Source: Armatimonadota bacterium (lineage in GTDB: Bacteria; Armatimonadota; HRBIN16). Taken from it: a stretch of DNA of 64,000 bases. Positions 39,830 through 50,133 of the stretch are shown here, in pieces. The notes under the pieces were generated by a model that was not told the DNA's origin, searched no databases, and saw only the letters and a list, made by a program, of their open reading frames with translations. Numbering within the stretch: position 1 is the first letter of the stretch; each line of letters opens with the position of its first letter. The position numbers and the translations under genes are program-made. The stretch spans positions 1,017,864 to 1,081,863 of the forward strand of contig OW818647.1 of assembly GCA_942492855.1 (NCBI GenBank), read 5' to 3'.

Positions 39830-40058
39830 GGCACCCACGAAGTGGGTATGATTCTTATAGCCAGGGGTGAGCGAAGCGATACCCCTGGACAGCGGCGCAT
39901 CATCCCTACCCCGAAGTGGGTCGCACCTATGCGCGGTAGCCGTCTTATCAAGTCACCGAAGACGACCCACTTCGGGGTAGTCGGTTTTTCGTTGCCTACC
40001 ACGGGTTGCGCTGGCGCTTACCCGTGGCTATAGGAATCTTACCCACTTTGTGGGTGCC
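39830..40058 (+). mobile_element. 229-bp MITE/REP-derived element, copy 1
   Basis: Ends GGCACCCACGAAGTGGGTA.GATTCTTATAGCCA / TGGCTATA.GAATCTTACCCACTT.GTGGGTGCC; internal ACCCCGAAGTGGGTCG / CGACCCACTTCGGGGT. Confidence 0.85.
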
Positions 40059-40154
40059 GGACGCTATAACAGCCATATAGATAGTGGTCTGATGCACTAT
40101 CATCCCTAAGGTTGAGTGTTTACTCCTGCGGTGAATTGCTGGATGATTATCCCC

Positions 40155-42806
40155 TTATCTGAGCATAGATGACATCTCTTTCATCATCTTCAGCACCGAT
40201 TTGTAGTCGCGTGCACGGTACGTGGTCAGCGCAGCGGTGAACCTGCGCTGCACCTTGGCAAGTTGCTCACTGGCGGGTGTTTTAAGTGCGGCCAGTTGTA
40301 AACGCGCATACATGCAGGCAAGCTGGTTGCCGGCTTCCCGTTGTTGTAGTCTAGCAGTACGTGCAGCCACCGGTTCGCTGCGCGTTAAGGTCAGCCTTTT
40401 ATGTGTTTGGGGTGCCAGAGTGACCGCGATGCCGGCAGTAAGCTGCTTGTTGGTGTGTTCCGCAGACAGCACCTTGCCAGCCAAATCCTGGACGTCAAGT
40501 TTATACTTACCGGCTGATAGATTCTTGAACATGATTCTACATTTCAGTGGCTTGGAATCCGGGTTATATACCACAAAATGCCTGCTTGCGCCGGATACCG
40601 CATCATCATACCCATCTAGAGCATCCAGATTCAGCACCATGATGTTGCGGTCATCAGCTTCCGCGAGTGCCTCATACAGCCAGTAATTCCACATCGACAT
40701 GCCGGACATATACGCAGCGGTTTGGCCTCGATGCCCCCCGTTGCCCTCCAGGCAGTAGAAAGGTTCGATCGGGAAATACTGTCCGACTCCTGGCTGCCTG
40801 ATGCCAAGCACTGTGTCACTGCATGCCGCAGGGTAGAAGTAGAACGAGTTGATGCGATTTAGGTTGGTAAGCTTAAGCAACAGGGGATAGATGGGATTCA
40901 ATGTGTCGTGCTTCAGCAGGGAGGTTATGCAGAGGTTAGCCTCTGTAGTCTCCCATGGCGTGGCTACGTGTGCTCCGCCATGCGGATAAAACAGCCCGGC
41001 ATTACGCAATTCGCGGCTGATGGCGTCTGTCTCGTCTTCATACCAGAATGTCAGCCGTAGAAGTATATTCGCAAAATCCCTCGAGTAGCGCAGGTATTTG
41101 ATGTCGCCTGTGGCTTTGTATACATCGTATGCGGCGACCGCTCCATATGCGGGACCGAATAACTCTGTGATAGGGAACTCAATTGGGTCGGAGTATGTGC
41201 GTGTATATATATCATTCTTTACAGTGTATCGCATGGTTGTCATGAGCTTATTGATACTGGCGGCAGCCTCATTTCGGAATAAGATGTCGCCGGACATCCG
41301 ATAAGCCCGCATCATAACATACGCATATGATCCGACTTGCCATGGCTCGCGTACCGTGCCCAGCTTTGGCACGTCGTTCTGCACCAGGGGTATGAATTTG
41401 TATGGATCAAACCACTGCGGGAACACATAATCCACTTTGTGAGCATACTCGATAAGCTTGCGGGCGGACATCAGAAATCGTCCAGCCACTGCTGGGGTCA
41501 CATGGTCCGCCGATGAGGCGTCGAAGGCACGGATTGTTTCTATGTTGAAGAACAGATTCTGCCAGCTCATCTCCATATCACCGACATGCTCAGGCTGACG
41601 CGTGCCCCACCGAATCATCCCTGCCTTGGGATCAAAGAACCGCGCAAGCGCATTCACCTTTATCTGTATGAGATCGCGTTGTTTTGGGTCCGGATTGATC
41701 CGTGAATACAGAGACCATGCGGACAGGTGGTTGTTTACCGTGGAGAAGTCCCATTCATTTTGTATCCTCGAGGCAGACGAGACGTGCCCGGGATGAACGG
41801 CCATCTCAGACGATGGTTCCACCAAGCTCAACGGCCCATCGGTCCACGGTGCCTTGAGATGAGAGAAGGTGATACCATCCACCATTAGGTCTTCTGTGGT
41901 TTTACGTGCGAACTGCGTCCAGGAAACTGGCCCGCTATCCGTGTAATTCTTCGGGAAGACGGATGTTGCAGGATGGAGTGGAGCGCACAAACGGACCATC
42001 GTATCCAGGGCCTGTAGGGATGTTGGTTTGGTGGGTCGGGCACCTGAGTAGAGGTAGAACTGCGTTACCATATCGCCAGACCGTATTCGGTTGCCTGTCA
42101 GCTTATCGCAATGCATACCCAACCCTGTTCTGCCATCCATGGATCGTGCGCCCACGCGCACATCAAGAAATCGCTGAATGCCGTCGGCAGCCATCCAGGT
42201 GGCTGGGGTCATGTCAAAATAGACCATGGCTTCAGTGCCCTTGTGCCAGAGATATGCTGCAGGAAACCCTAAGCAGTGAGGTATTCCCAAAGAGCCGTAG
42301 ATGCTTTCCGGACCCTGGTCGACGACTACCAGAGGCTTTGTATCCGCCATCCATAAAGCGACCGACGGCTGGGGGTTCGGCAGGATCAGATCGGCAGGCA
42401 GGTGACAGGTGATACGAAAGCTGATCAAGGGCGAACCTGCCCTGGCCTCAACCAGCAAATCCCAGCTATAGTCGGGATTTGTGTGAACCCCGCTCAGCAT
42501 GACTGCTTTGGAGGCTTGAGTGTCCCGCACCACTTTGGCATCGCTGGGTTTGAGGTTGAACACGTAGCCGGTCATTATAGATTCGGACGGGCCAAACAAC
42601 GGTTCCCATCGGTGGCCGTGGAATACAGTTGTTGAGATCAGATAGTGGTTGCTGGCGTCACGGGTAAAGGTCACACGCTGGGACTGGTTTCCGATAGTGA
42701 TCACGTCTGGAGTTGATTTCAGGTACAAATCGGGTTGTGCGGCGCTGAGCGTTTTAGGAAACATACTGGCCACCATGCAGACCATGAGCACTGCACACAA
42801 GAGCAT
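40155..42806 (-). CDS. Large hypothetical protein, probably exported; possible helical-barrel glycan-active enzyme
   Basis: 883 aa, hydrophobic N-terminus ending in SAA, aromatic-rich helical core; no family recognised with certainty. Confidence 0.75.
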   Translation of the reverse strand: MLLCAVLMVCMVASMFPKTLSAAQPDLYLKSTPDVITIGNQSQRVTFTRDASNHYLISTTVFHGHRWEPLFGPSESIMTGYVFNLKPSDAKVVRDTQASKAVMLSGVHTNPDYSWDLLVEARAGSPLISFRITCHLPADLILPNPQPSVALWMADTKPLVVVDQGPESIYGSLGIPHCLGFPAAYLWHKGTEAMVYFDMTPATWMAADGIQRFLDVRVGARSMDGRTGLGMHCDKLTGNRIRSGDMVTQFYLYSGARPTKPTSLQALDTMVRLCAPLHPATSVFPKNYTDSGPVSWTQFARKTTEDLMVDGITFSHLKAPWTDGPLSLVEPSSEMAVHPGHVSSASRIQNEWDFSTVNNHLSAWSLYSRINPDPKQRDLIQIKVNALARFFDPKAGMIRWGTRQPEHVGDMEMSWQNLFFNIETIRAFDASSADHVTPAVAGRFLMSARKLIEYAHKVDYVFPQWFDPYKFIPLVQNDVPKLGTVREPWQVGSYAYVMMRAYRMSGDILFRNEAAASINKLMTTMRYTVKNDIYTRTYSDPIEFPITELFGPAYGAVAAYDVYKATGDIKYLRYSRDFANILLRLTFWYEDETDAISRELRNAGLFYPHGGAHVATPWETTEANLCITSLLKHDTLNPIYPLLLKLTNLNRINSFYFYPAACSDTVLGIRQPGVGQYFPIEPFYCLEGNGGHRGQTAAYMSGMSMWNYWLYEALAEADDRNIMVLNLDALDGYDDAVSGASRHFVVYNPDSKPLKCRIMFKNLSAGKYKLDVQDLAGKVLSAEHTNKQLTAGIAVTLAPQTHKRLTLTRSEPVAARTARLQQREAGNQLACMYARLQLAALKTPASEQLAKVQRRFTAALTTYRARDYKSVLKMMKEMSSMLR

Positions 42807-42982
42807 ATCGATGGGATGACATGCGCTCCGCGCTGTTGGATCGACTGTCGATTAACAAAGTGAACGTGGCCTCCTATGAGGAAACTAGTCGGATTCTTTT
42901 CATTTATTACACAAATCCAAGCGGATGGGTGAAGAGGCGATGTGGGTTAATTGTTGGGGTAGAGGTGAAGATTCGTCTGAAC

Positions 42983-43140
42983 CACGGATTACACGGATTA
43001 CACGGATTACACGGATGGAGAGGGAGGCCAATCAGGCGATTGGCGTTCCCAGGTGGGCGGTTCTCGAACCGCCCAGGGCGACCGCCGGTCGCCCCTACCG
43101 GCGCGGTCATTACCCAATCTGTGAAATCTGTGCCATCTGT
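42983..43140. repeat. REP mosaic with 9-mer tandem CACGGATTA x3.8
   Basis: CACGGATTA at 42983, 42992, 43001 and partial at 43010; GGGCGACCGCCGGTCGCCCCTAC REP. Confidence 0.85.
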
Positions 43141-43159
43141 GGATTGGTTCCCATCAACG

Positions 43160-44422
43160 TCACTCGACTGGCACTGCCCGTTTGAGCTCTTTGTTGGGGT
43201 TGAACGCAACCAGTGTGATAATCCAGGCGACTGTCAACAAAATGCAGCACCCGATGAAGGGTGTGATATGGGCGATGCGCGGGATGGGAGATGCATGGAT
43301 ATACAGATAGCTGCCCAATGGCGCACCGATCATCGCACCCACACCCTGCGCGGTAAAGACGGCGCCCATGATGGCACCCCTGCGCTCGCTGTTTATATTG
43401 CTCACGATGGCCATCCAGGCCGGGATTGCCAGTATATAGCCGATCCCCACCACAGTGCAGCCGATCATCAGCCAGATATGATGGCTGGTAAACGGCACCA
43501 TCCACATCCCGAAGCAGCACAGCGTCATGCCGATGCACATCACCCGTCGCTTGCCCCAGCGGTCGGCGGCTCTGCCGGCCGGCACGCTGGCCAGCGCAAA
43601 CACGATGGCCGGCGGCAGCAGCAGCGCGCCATAGCCAGTTTCGGAGAGGTGCAGTTCGTCCATGGCATAAAGTTTCACCAGAAGCATCACTAGCCCAATG
43701 GCCAGGTAGACTACAAACCCCAGCAGCATGGTGTCCGGCACCATCTTGGCGGCAATCCAGAGGTCCTTGATTTTGGGCACATGGCTCTCATTTTGTGACT
43801 CGGAATGGTGCAACGGCATTTTGTTGGGAACGCCCACGTAACAAATCAGTGCAGTACACAGGAAAAGAACCCCCGCCAGGTAAAAACTGGCGTGCATGGA
43901 TTCCGGCATCAAATGGTGGGTTTTGCTGTAGTCATTCACCAAACCGCCCAGCAGCGGTCCTAGTGCGATGCCGATCATGTAGGTGACGTTGAACAGGCTC
44001 ATGGCGGTGGCCCGCTGCTTGGGATCGGCGGCGTCGGCTACTGTGGCAAAGGCGGTGGGCCAGAGCGCAGCGGCGCCGATGCCATCTAGCGCACGGATGG
44101 CCATCAGCCCCAAAGGGTGACCGATAACCACGGTCAGCGGGGCGGTGATCATGCTGATCAGCGGTCCCAGCATCAGCATCGGCTTGCGACCGAAGCGGTC
44201 GCTCAACAGCCCCATGGGCGACTTCAGCAGCGTCTCCACTAGCAGAAACGCAGCACCTATCGCCCCGATCCATACCCCCCAGTGCATTTTCATGAGGTAC
44301 GGAGGCATGGCGGAGAAGTTTACTATTGCGTAAGACAACTCCGCCACACCAGACATGATTACCAGCGAGATAAGCGCCCGCTGCCGAGTTTTAACCTGAG
44401 TGGCAGATAACTCTGCTGCCAC
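43160..44422 (-). CDS. MFS transporter (TetA/DHA1-like)
   Basis: GLLSDRFGRKP and GRAADRWGKRR motif A in both halves; 12 TM pattern. Confidence 0.92.
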   Translation of the reverse strand: MAAELSATQVKTRQRALISLVIMSGVAELSYAIVNFSAMPPYLMKMHWGVWIGAIGAAFLLVETLLKSPMGLLSDRFGRKPMLMLGPLISMITAPLTVVIGHPLGLMAIRALDGIGAAALWPTAFATVADAADPKQRATAMSLFNVTYMIGIALGPLLGGLVNDYSKTHHLMPESMHASFYLAGVLFLCTALICYVGVPNKMPLHHSESQNESHVPKIKDLWIAAKMVPDTMLLGFVVYLAIGLVMLLVKLYAMDELHLSETGYGALLLPPAIVFALASVPAGRAADRWGKRRVMCIGMTLCCFGMWMVPFTSHHIWLMIGCTVVGIGYILAIPAWMAIVSNINSERRGAIMGAVFTAQGVGAMIGAPLGSYLYIHASPIPRIAHITPFIGCCILLTVAWIITLVAFNPNKELKRAVPVE

Positions 44423-44423
44423 T

Positions 44424-45470
44424 CTACAGGAGTACCTCGTGGCCGGTTTCTGTTGATCGGTACACCGCGTCGATAATCTGAGTGGCCATCAGCCCCTGCT
44501 CGCCAGTCACATACACCTCTGTGTCGTTAATGATGGCCTCCAGGAAGGCCTTCACTTCGCGAGTGTGCGAGGATGGTCCGCGCTGCATCCAGGTCGGCAC
44601 GATTTCGGTGAGAGCGCCGTTCTGCTCCTTGTAGATTTTGCATGGGGAGTTGCACGCGCCGGCTTCGGTGCCAAGCACCGTGCTGCACATCATGTCATGG
44701 TCGATATTGGCGCAGAAGCTGCTTTCGATGCTCATCACCGCGCCGTTCTCAAACCGTACCAGACCGCAGGCGAAGTCCTCTACCGTGAAGGTGGCTGGAT
44801 CCCACGGGCCCCACTCGTTCACGTGACCAGAGCGGTTGCCGAATTCCTTAAATGTCATCCCCGTCACACTCACCGGCTTGGGATGGCCCATAAACCATAG
44901 CGTGGTGTCGATGATATGGACACCGATGTCAATCATGGGGCCGCCGCCCTGCTTGGCTTTGTCCGTAAACACGCCCCAGGTGGGAACACCACGACGACGC
45001 AATGCCTGCGCTCGTGCGTAGTAGATTTTCCCGAGCTGGCCTTCGTCAATGGCCTGTTTGATCATCTGCTGTTCCGGTTCAAAGCGCATATTCAAGCCAA
45101 TCTGCAGCTTGCGGCCATACTTATGGCTTGCGGCCACCATCTCGGCACCCTCTGCAGGGTTCATGGCGATGGGTTTCTCACACAGCACATGTTTGCCAGC
45201 CTTCAACGCATCTACAGTAGGCCGGATATGGGCGATGTTGGGGGTACACACACTGACAGCATCTACGGATTTAAGCTTTAGTAGATCGTGATAATTCTCA
45301 TAAACATGGGGGATATTATATTCCTTAGCGAAGGCTTCAGCCCGTTCTGGAATAATATCACATACAGCTTGCACTTTACAGAGCTCCGGGTAGGTGAGGT
45401 AAGCAGGAATATGCGCTCCGCGAGCGATTCCGCCGGCACCGATGATTCCGATTCCAAGTGGTTGTTTCAT
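44424..45470 (-). CDS. Gfo/Idh/MocA oxidoreductase
   Basis: GIIGAGGIA, KHVLCEKPIA and GGGPMIDIGVH motifs. Confidence 0.93.
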   Translation of the reverse strand: MKQPLGIGIIGAGGIARGAHIPAYLTYPELCKVQAVCDIIPERAEAFAKEYNIPHVYENYHDLLKLKSVDAVSVCTPNIAHIRPTVDALKAGKHVLCEKPIAMNPAEGAEMVAASHKYGRKLQIGLNMRFEPEQQMIKQAIDEGQLGKIYYARAQALRRRGVPTWGVFTDKAKQGGGPMIDIGVHIIDTTLWFMGHPKPVSVTGMTFKEFGNRSGHVNEWGPWDPATFTVEDFACGLVRFENGAVMSIESSFCANIDHDMMCSTVLGTEAGACNSPCKIYKEQNGALTEIVPTWMQRGPSSHTREVKAFLEAIINDTEVYVTGEQGLMATQIIDAVYRSTETGHEVLL

Positions 45471-45486
45471 GGTATGTTGTTCCCTC

Positions 45487-46320
45487 CTATATTGACTTTG
45501 GCCACAGCCGATAACGGCTGTCCCATAAGCCTTCGATGCTGTCGATGACTAGATGCGGACGATGCTGAGGCTCTGCCTGCAGTGCGTCTTCCAGGTTGTT
45601 GACACCTGTGGTGACCAAAGCCGTCTGTAATCCCAGTTCCCGCCCCAGAATGACATCTGTATCCATTCTATCGCCAATAAGCAGGCTGCGCTCTGGTGTG
45701 GTGCCCACTTCGGCTATCAGTAGATTAATCCCAAGCGGGTTTGGTTTCCCCGCTGTAAATGCGGTGACCCCACTCGCCCGCTCTATCGCCGCGACCAAGG
45801 AACCAGCTCCTGGCCGGATAGACCCGTTGGCCCCCGGAAAAGTGGCGTCTTGATTGGTGGCGATGAACTGCGCACCATTTTGGATCGACACTAATGCTTT
45901 ACGCAGCGTCTCATATGTGAAGTTCCAGTCGATACCCACCACCACATAGTCGGGATGATCCTCTTCAGGGTCATCTACCAGCTCAATTCCCACGGCCAGC
46001 AGTTCCGCGCGCAGCCCATCCATGCCCACCACATAGGCACTCTTCCCTTTGGCTCCCTGTTCAACCAGGTAATAGGCGGCACAGAAGGACGAAGACATGA
46101 ACTCAGCGGGTTGGCAATCAATGCCCATGTTCTGCAGCCTTTGGGCAAAGGTGTGGCGCGAGACCGATGAGTTATTACTCAGAAACCGCACCACCACACC
46201 CTCATCACGCAGCCGCTTGACGCCTGCCGCAGCGTAGGGCATCGGCTCCTTGTCGCGGTAGATCACACCGTCCAGGTCAAAAATGACCATATCCACATCA
46301 AACATCGCGGGCCACCACAA
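45487..46320 (-). CDS. HAD-IIA hydrolase (NagD-like)
   Basis: FDLDGVIY, LSNNS, FIATNQD, GKPN and IGDRMDTD motifs. Confidence 0.93.
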   Translation of the reverse strand: MWWPAMFDVDMVIFDLDGVIYRDKEPMPYAAAGVKRLRDEGVVVRFLSNNSSVSRHTFAQRLQNMGIDCQPAEFMSSSFCAAYYLVEQGAKGKSAYVVGMDGLRAELLAVGIELVDDPEEDHPDYVVVGIDWNFTYETLRKALVSIQNGAQFIATNQDATFPGANGSIRPGAGSLVAAIERASGVTAFTAGKPNPLGINLLIAEVGTTPERSLLIGDRMDTDVILGRELGLQTALVTTGVNNLEDALQAEPQHRPHLVIDSIEGLWDSRYRLWPKSI

Positions 46321-47308
46321 ACCTGGCTAGGTCCACCAAGGCACGTTTGCCTTTATTGTTACGAAGCTCATCCAGGCTTTGCACCGCCTGCCTGGTGTAG
46401 TCCAGGGCACGCTGCTTAGTAAACTCAAAGCCGCCCAGCTCCGTGATCAGTGCAGACATCTGCTGAAGTACCAGCGGAGAGGAGGTATCCTCTGCCAGTA
46501 TCACCATCTGTTCACGCTGAGCAGATGTGGCTTGATCCAGCGCGTAGATTAACGGCAGGGTGAACTTACCCTCCGCGAGGTCATTGCCGCATGGCTTGCC
46601 TATACGTTGAGGGTCGCCCGTGTAGTCCAACAGGTCATCCACCATCTGGAAAGCCATCCCCAGATTAAAGCCATAACTCTGCAGTGCCGCCTGCTCCTGC
46701 TCACTGGCATCGGCTGCGATAGCACCGCACCGGCAGCAGACCTCTATCAGCATCGCGGTTTTTTTACCGATCACTTCCAGATACTGCTCTTCGGTGACGC
46801 TGGTGTCGCCCACAAGCAGAGCCTGCATCACTTCCCCCTCAGCCAGCGAGCTGCTGACATCGGCGATGGCTCGAATCAGCCGGATATCACCGACATTAGC
46901 CAACAACTGCACAGAGCGCGCGAGCAGGAAGTCGCCTGTTAGCACCGATACGCCGTTACCGTAGAGGGCATTGGCCGTTTTCCGTCCCCGGCGCATATTG
47001 GTGTTGTCCACCACGTCATCATGCACCAGCGAGGCCATATGCAGCAGTTCTAGCGAGGCCGCGACCGGAAGCAGCGTGTCGACTTTTACCGATGCATCCA
47101 CACAGCGGGCACTCAGACAGACCAATGCGGGGCGAAGCCGTTTACCGCCAGCGTTCAAAACATGGCTGTTCAGCTCTGCGATGATCGAGACTGATGAGAT
47201 CACTTCGCGTTTTAAGTAGTGCTCCACCGCATCGATGTCTGGTGCAGCAGTCTCCAGCCATAACGCTTGTGACGAGGGTGATTCTTCAGGGCGTTGGTTC
47301 AGTGTCAT
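46298..47308 (-). CDS. Polyprenyl (hepta/octaprenyl) diphosphate synthase
   Basis: GGKRLRP, HMASLVHDDVVD...RRG, KTA and FQMVDDLLD motifs. Confidence 0.95.
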   Translation of the reverse strand: MTLNQRPEESPSSQALWLETAAPDIDAVEHYLKREVISSVSIIAELNSHVLNAGGKRLRPALVCLSARCVDASVKVDTLLPVAASLELLHMASLVHDDVVDNTNMRRGRKTANALYGNGVSVLTGDFLLARSVQLLANVGDIRLIRAIADVSSSLAEGEVMQALLVGDTSVTEEQYLEVIGKKTAMLIEVCCRCGAIAADASEQEQAALQSYGFNLGMAFQMVDDLLDYTGDPQRIGKPCGNDLAEGKFTLPLIYALDQATSAQREQMVILAEDTSSPLVLQQMSALITELGGFEFTKQRALDYTRQAVQSLDELRNNKGKRALVDLARFVVARDV

Positions 47309-48084
47309 AGCTTCTTAGTCTTACTTCCGTGGTGTATGACGACATACCCGAGTGTGAGGTCTTTCCACCGATTATTTCGCAAACCCGCATCGTGCATCAG
47401 TTGGGCTAACGCACGCCTGCCAGGAAATAGCCGTATGGAGGCGGGCAGGTAGGCGTAACCATCGCTTCCGCTGATGATCTTGCCGATCAGGGGTAACAGC
47501 TTTTCGCAATAGAGCACATGCATAATTCTGGCCAGGCGTTTGCGCGGATGGTTAAACTCCAGCACCACCAGCTTACCTTCCGGCTTCAACACCCGCACAA
47601 ATTCCTCTAGCGCTTTTTCCAGCATCACGACATTGCGCAGTCCGAAGCCGATGGTGATCACATCAAAACTGGCATCGGCAAACGGCAGATGCATCGCATC
47701 ACCAACTATCAGCTCATACGCAGGTTTGTTCGAGATTTTGCTTAATTTGCGCTGGGCTATTTCCAGCATTTTAGGCACGAAATCAAGGCCAATCACCAGA
47801 CCGCTGCCGTCCATCCGCTTCATCGCCTCAATCATCAGGTCGCCAGTTCCAGTGGCCACATCCAGTATGGTTTGGCCAGGGCGGATATCGGCAATCGAGA
47901 TAGTCTGCTGCCGCCACTTATGGTGCATGCGAAGGCTAAGTATGGAATTCAGGGTGTCATACTGCCCAGCTATGGTGCTGAACATCTTGCGCACGTAATG
48001 ACCCTTCTCATCACCGACCAGGTGATAAGTAGGTTTTCTGCGTTTGGGTTGACCTCGGTTTGGGCCGTGACTGTATGTACTCAT
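47305..48084 (-). CDS. menG: Demethylmenaquinone/ubiquinone methyltransferase
   Basis: MFSTIAGQYDTLNSILS, LDVATGTGD, FGLRNV and RVLKPEG UbiE/MenG motifs; adjacent to the prenyl synthase. Confidence 0.9.
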   Translation of the reverse strand: MSTYSHGPNRGQPKRRKPTYHLVGDEKGHYVRKMFSTIAGQYDTLNSILSLRMHHKWRQQTISIADIRPGQTILDVATGTGDLMIEAMKRMDGSGLVIGLDFVPKMLEIAQRKLSKISNKPAYELIVGDAMHLPFADASFDVITIGFGLRNVVMLEKALEEFVRVLKPEGKLVVLEFNHPRKRLARIMHVLYCEKLLPLIGKIISGSDGYAYLPASIRLFPGRRALAQLMHDAGLRNNRWKDLTLGYVVIHHGSKTKKL

Positions 48085-48131
48085 GACCGAAATAAGTATA
48101 CCATTCTATAAAGTGAGTGTGTTGGCATAAG

Positions 48132-49004
48132 TTAGGCGACCACCTGCAGGCTGGTGGCAGATGGCAACAGCCTTCTGAAGACAGGGCGTTCGTCTGGTGT
48201 TTGGTTGGGCTTATGCAGCGCGAGGTACCATTGTCCATCATATGCTTGAAACACCATTCCGTGGCCGGCATCGTCATTTGCCAAAGCCGCTGGCTGCTGA
48301 ACCCATGGTCCAAGCACACCCGTTGCTGAAGTAGCGATCCCCTGAGCATACCGTCCGGCCTGGAAGCTGCTCCACAACATTCCCAGCAAACCGCCAGGCA
48401 GAGTAAACAGGAACGGACCATCGGTCACGTAGACATCGCCATGTGTTCCCATTTGGAGCGAATTAACCCAAGGGGCATCCGAAGCTTTGAACAGCGTGAC
48501 AGGATCGCCTGTGGCACGGCTGAGGTCATCGCTGAGCGGAATTGCACAGATTTCGCCGTCAGTCACCTGCACCCATTCATGGCAGAACACCATGTACGGC
48601 TGGCCATTCTCCACCCACAAGGTGCCATCCAAACACTCCCAGTCGGCTGGGGTGACAGGGCCATCGCTGATGGGTTCATATGGGCCTGCTGGATGGCTGC
48701 TGCGCAGTATCTGTGTGCCGCGCCGCATGGTGGGGCTGTGCAGCGTAATAAACATATAGTAAGCGCCTTGGTACGCGTGGACTTCAGGTGCCCAGTATTC
48801 TTGCTGGCTCCAGAACGATGCGTCTGGTGTGAAAGCCGCAATGGGCTCACTCCAGCTATGTAAATCTGTGCTGCGGTAACAACAAACGGCCTCCGGCCGT
48901 TTATCCCAGCAGGTGCTGCCCAGGGTACCAAACAGGTAGTATGCATTTTCCTCTGGCACAGGCAGTACAAACGGATCACGGTAGTTAATATCGCTCAGCT
49001 TCAT
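48132..49004 (-). CDS. GH43 glycoside hydrolase
   Basis: RDPFV, WAPEV, CLDG, HEWVQ and VTDGP motifs; GGAGGA RBS before ATG 49004 (the ORF-track extension to 49502 is spurious). Confidence 0.9.
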   Translation of the reverse strand: MKLSDINYRDPFVLPVPEENAYYLFGTLGSTCWDKRPEAVCCYRSTDLHSWSEPIAAFTPDASFWSQQEYWAPEVHAYQGAYYMFITLHSPTMRRGTQILRSSHPAGPYEPISDGPVTPADWECLDGTLWVENGQPYMVFCHEWVQVTDGEICAIPLSDDLSRATGDPVTLFKASDAPWVNSLQMGTHGDVYVTDGPFLFTLPGGLLGMLWSSFQAGRYAQGIATSATGVLGPWVQQPAALANDDAGHGMVFQAYDGQWYLALHKPNQTPDERPVFRRLLPSATSLQVVA

Positions 49005-49152
49005 GGGAGTCCTCCGCGCATCGTGCATCATAAATATGGTATCAGTTTCCGGCGATGATGGTTGGAATAGATATCGTGCTAAAATGTGATTTGGGTACAA
49101 CTGGCCCACCAGGCACCATACGGGCATGACAAGCAGGCTACAGGAGAGATAG

Positions 49153-50133
49153 ATGATCAACATCATATTACGGATGAAAAACACACTTATTATATTATGT
49201 GCGGTGGTGCTTGGTGTAGGTATTGGGGCTGCGGTCACAAACCGTATGATCCGTCCCATGCAGATCAACGGGATGCCGATTGGCCGTTTCGAAAGGCAGT
49301 ATCCTGGCTTTTTCCGGGGGTCGATGGTCAATGCACGGCCAGGTGAGCTTCCTAGCGGGACGCTGGTGAAGACTAGCGAATACACGGTCAGTATGGCGGA
49401 TATTGAGAATGTGATGCGATACGAGGCCCCGAAAGTGGCCATGTGGATCAAGAACAACATGCCGTCCGTTGTAGAGCAGTTGGCCAGTGCATTACTCATC
49501 AAGCAAGAGTTATTGAATTTCGCTCAAAAACAAGATATCCCCAAGAATACCCCCGAAGCGACGATCTACGAAGCCTATCAGGCCGACCTCGTGCGCACGA
49601 CAGATGTCACCGACGCGGACGTAGAGGCGTTCTACAACCAGCAGACCAAACAGTACGGTGATTCGTTGCCTCCACTGGATGTCCTGCGTGACCAGATCAA
49701 ACAGAAGCTGGTCGAGAACGCCATGGCAAAGATAGTCAACTTGCGTATTAACCAGCACGCCCAACGGTGCGTAGTCAACCGTAAATGGGTGGAAGACCAG
49801 TATAAAATACTGCTGTCTAGACCGGAAGTTCAGGCGGTGGAAAAGCTGCGGTATGGTGGGAAGCCGTCAGTTTTGATATTTGTCATGGATGAGCCAAAGA
49901 TGTTATCAGCAGGGGATCAACAGATAAATGAGTTGAAGCCGCTGATCAATGGGAAAGCCCATGCAGGTGTGGTGCCCACGACGCCCTCGACATTCCTGAC
50001 AGCGCGGTACCGTGTCGGCGGTCTTGGCTATGTGACGATTGTGTTCAACGCGGACGGCAGTGAGGTGTTCCGTACCATAGGCCAGGTACCTACCGAGGAT
50101 TTGGTGGCGATACTGAAACAAGCCGGGATGTAG
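49153..50133 (+). CDS. Exported protein: SurA/PrsA-like helical region plus C-terminal thioredoxin-like fold without CxxC
   Basis: N-terminal TM; VTDADVEAFYNQ...PPLDVLRDQIKQKL; C-terminal KPSVLIFV...TIVFNADGSEVFRTIGQVPTEDL; start may be MKNT. Confidence 0.55.
   Translation: MINIILRMKNTLIILCAVVLGVGIGAAVTNRMIRPMQINGMPIGRFERQYPGFFRGSMVNARPGELPSGTLVKTSEYTVSMADIENVMRYEAPKVAMWIKNNMPSVVEQLASALLIKQELLNFAQKQDIPKNTPEATIYEAYQADLVRTTDVTDADVEAFYNQQTKQYGDSLPPLDVLRDQIKQKLVENAMAKIVNLRINQHAQRCVVNRKWVEDQYKILLSRPEVQAVEKLRYGGKPSVLIFVMDEPKMLSAGDQQINELKPLINGKAHAGVVPTTPSTFLTARYRVGGLGYVTIVFNADGSEVFRTIGQVPTEDLVAILKQAGM

Noticed and set aside
42821-43693. 290-aa plus-strand ORF
   Set aside because: Composed of REP 9-mers (HGLHGLHG) and the antisense of the MFS gene
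49005-49502. N-terminal extension of the GH43 ORF to 456 aa
   Set aside because: Overlaps the opposite-strand gene at 49153; a strong RBS and the family start lie at 49004
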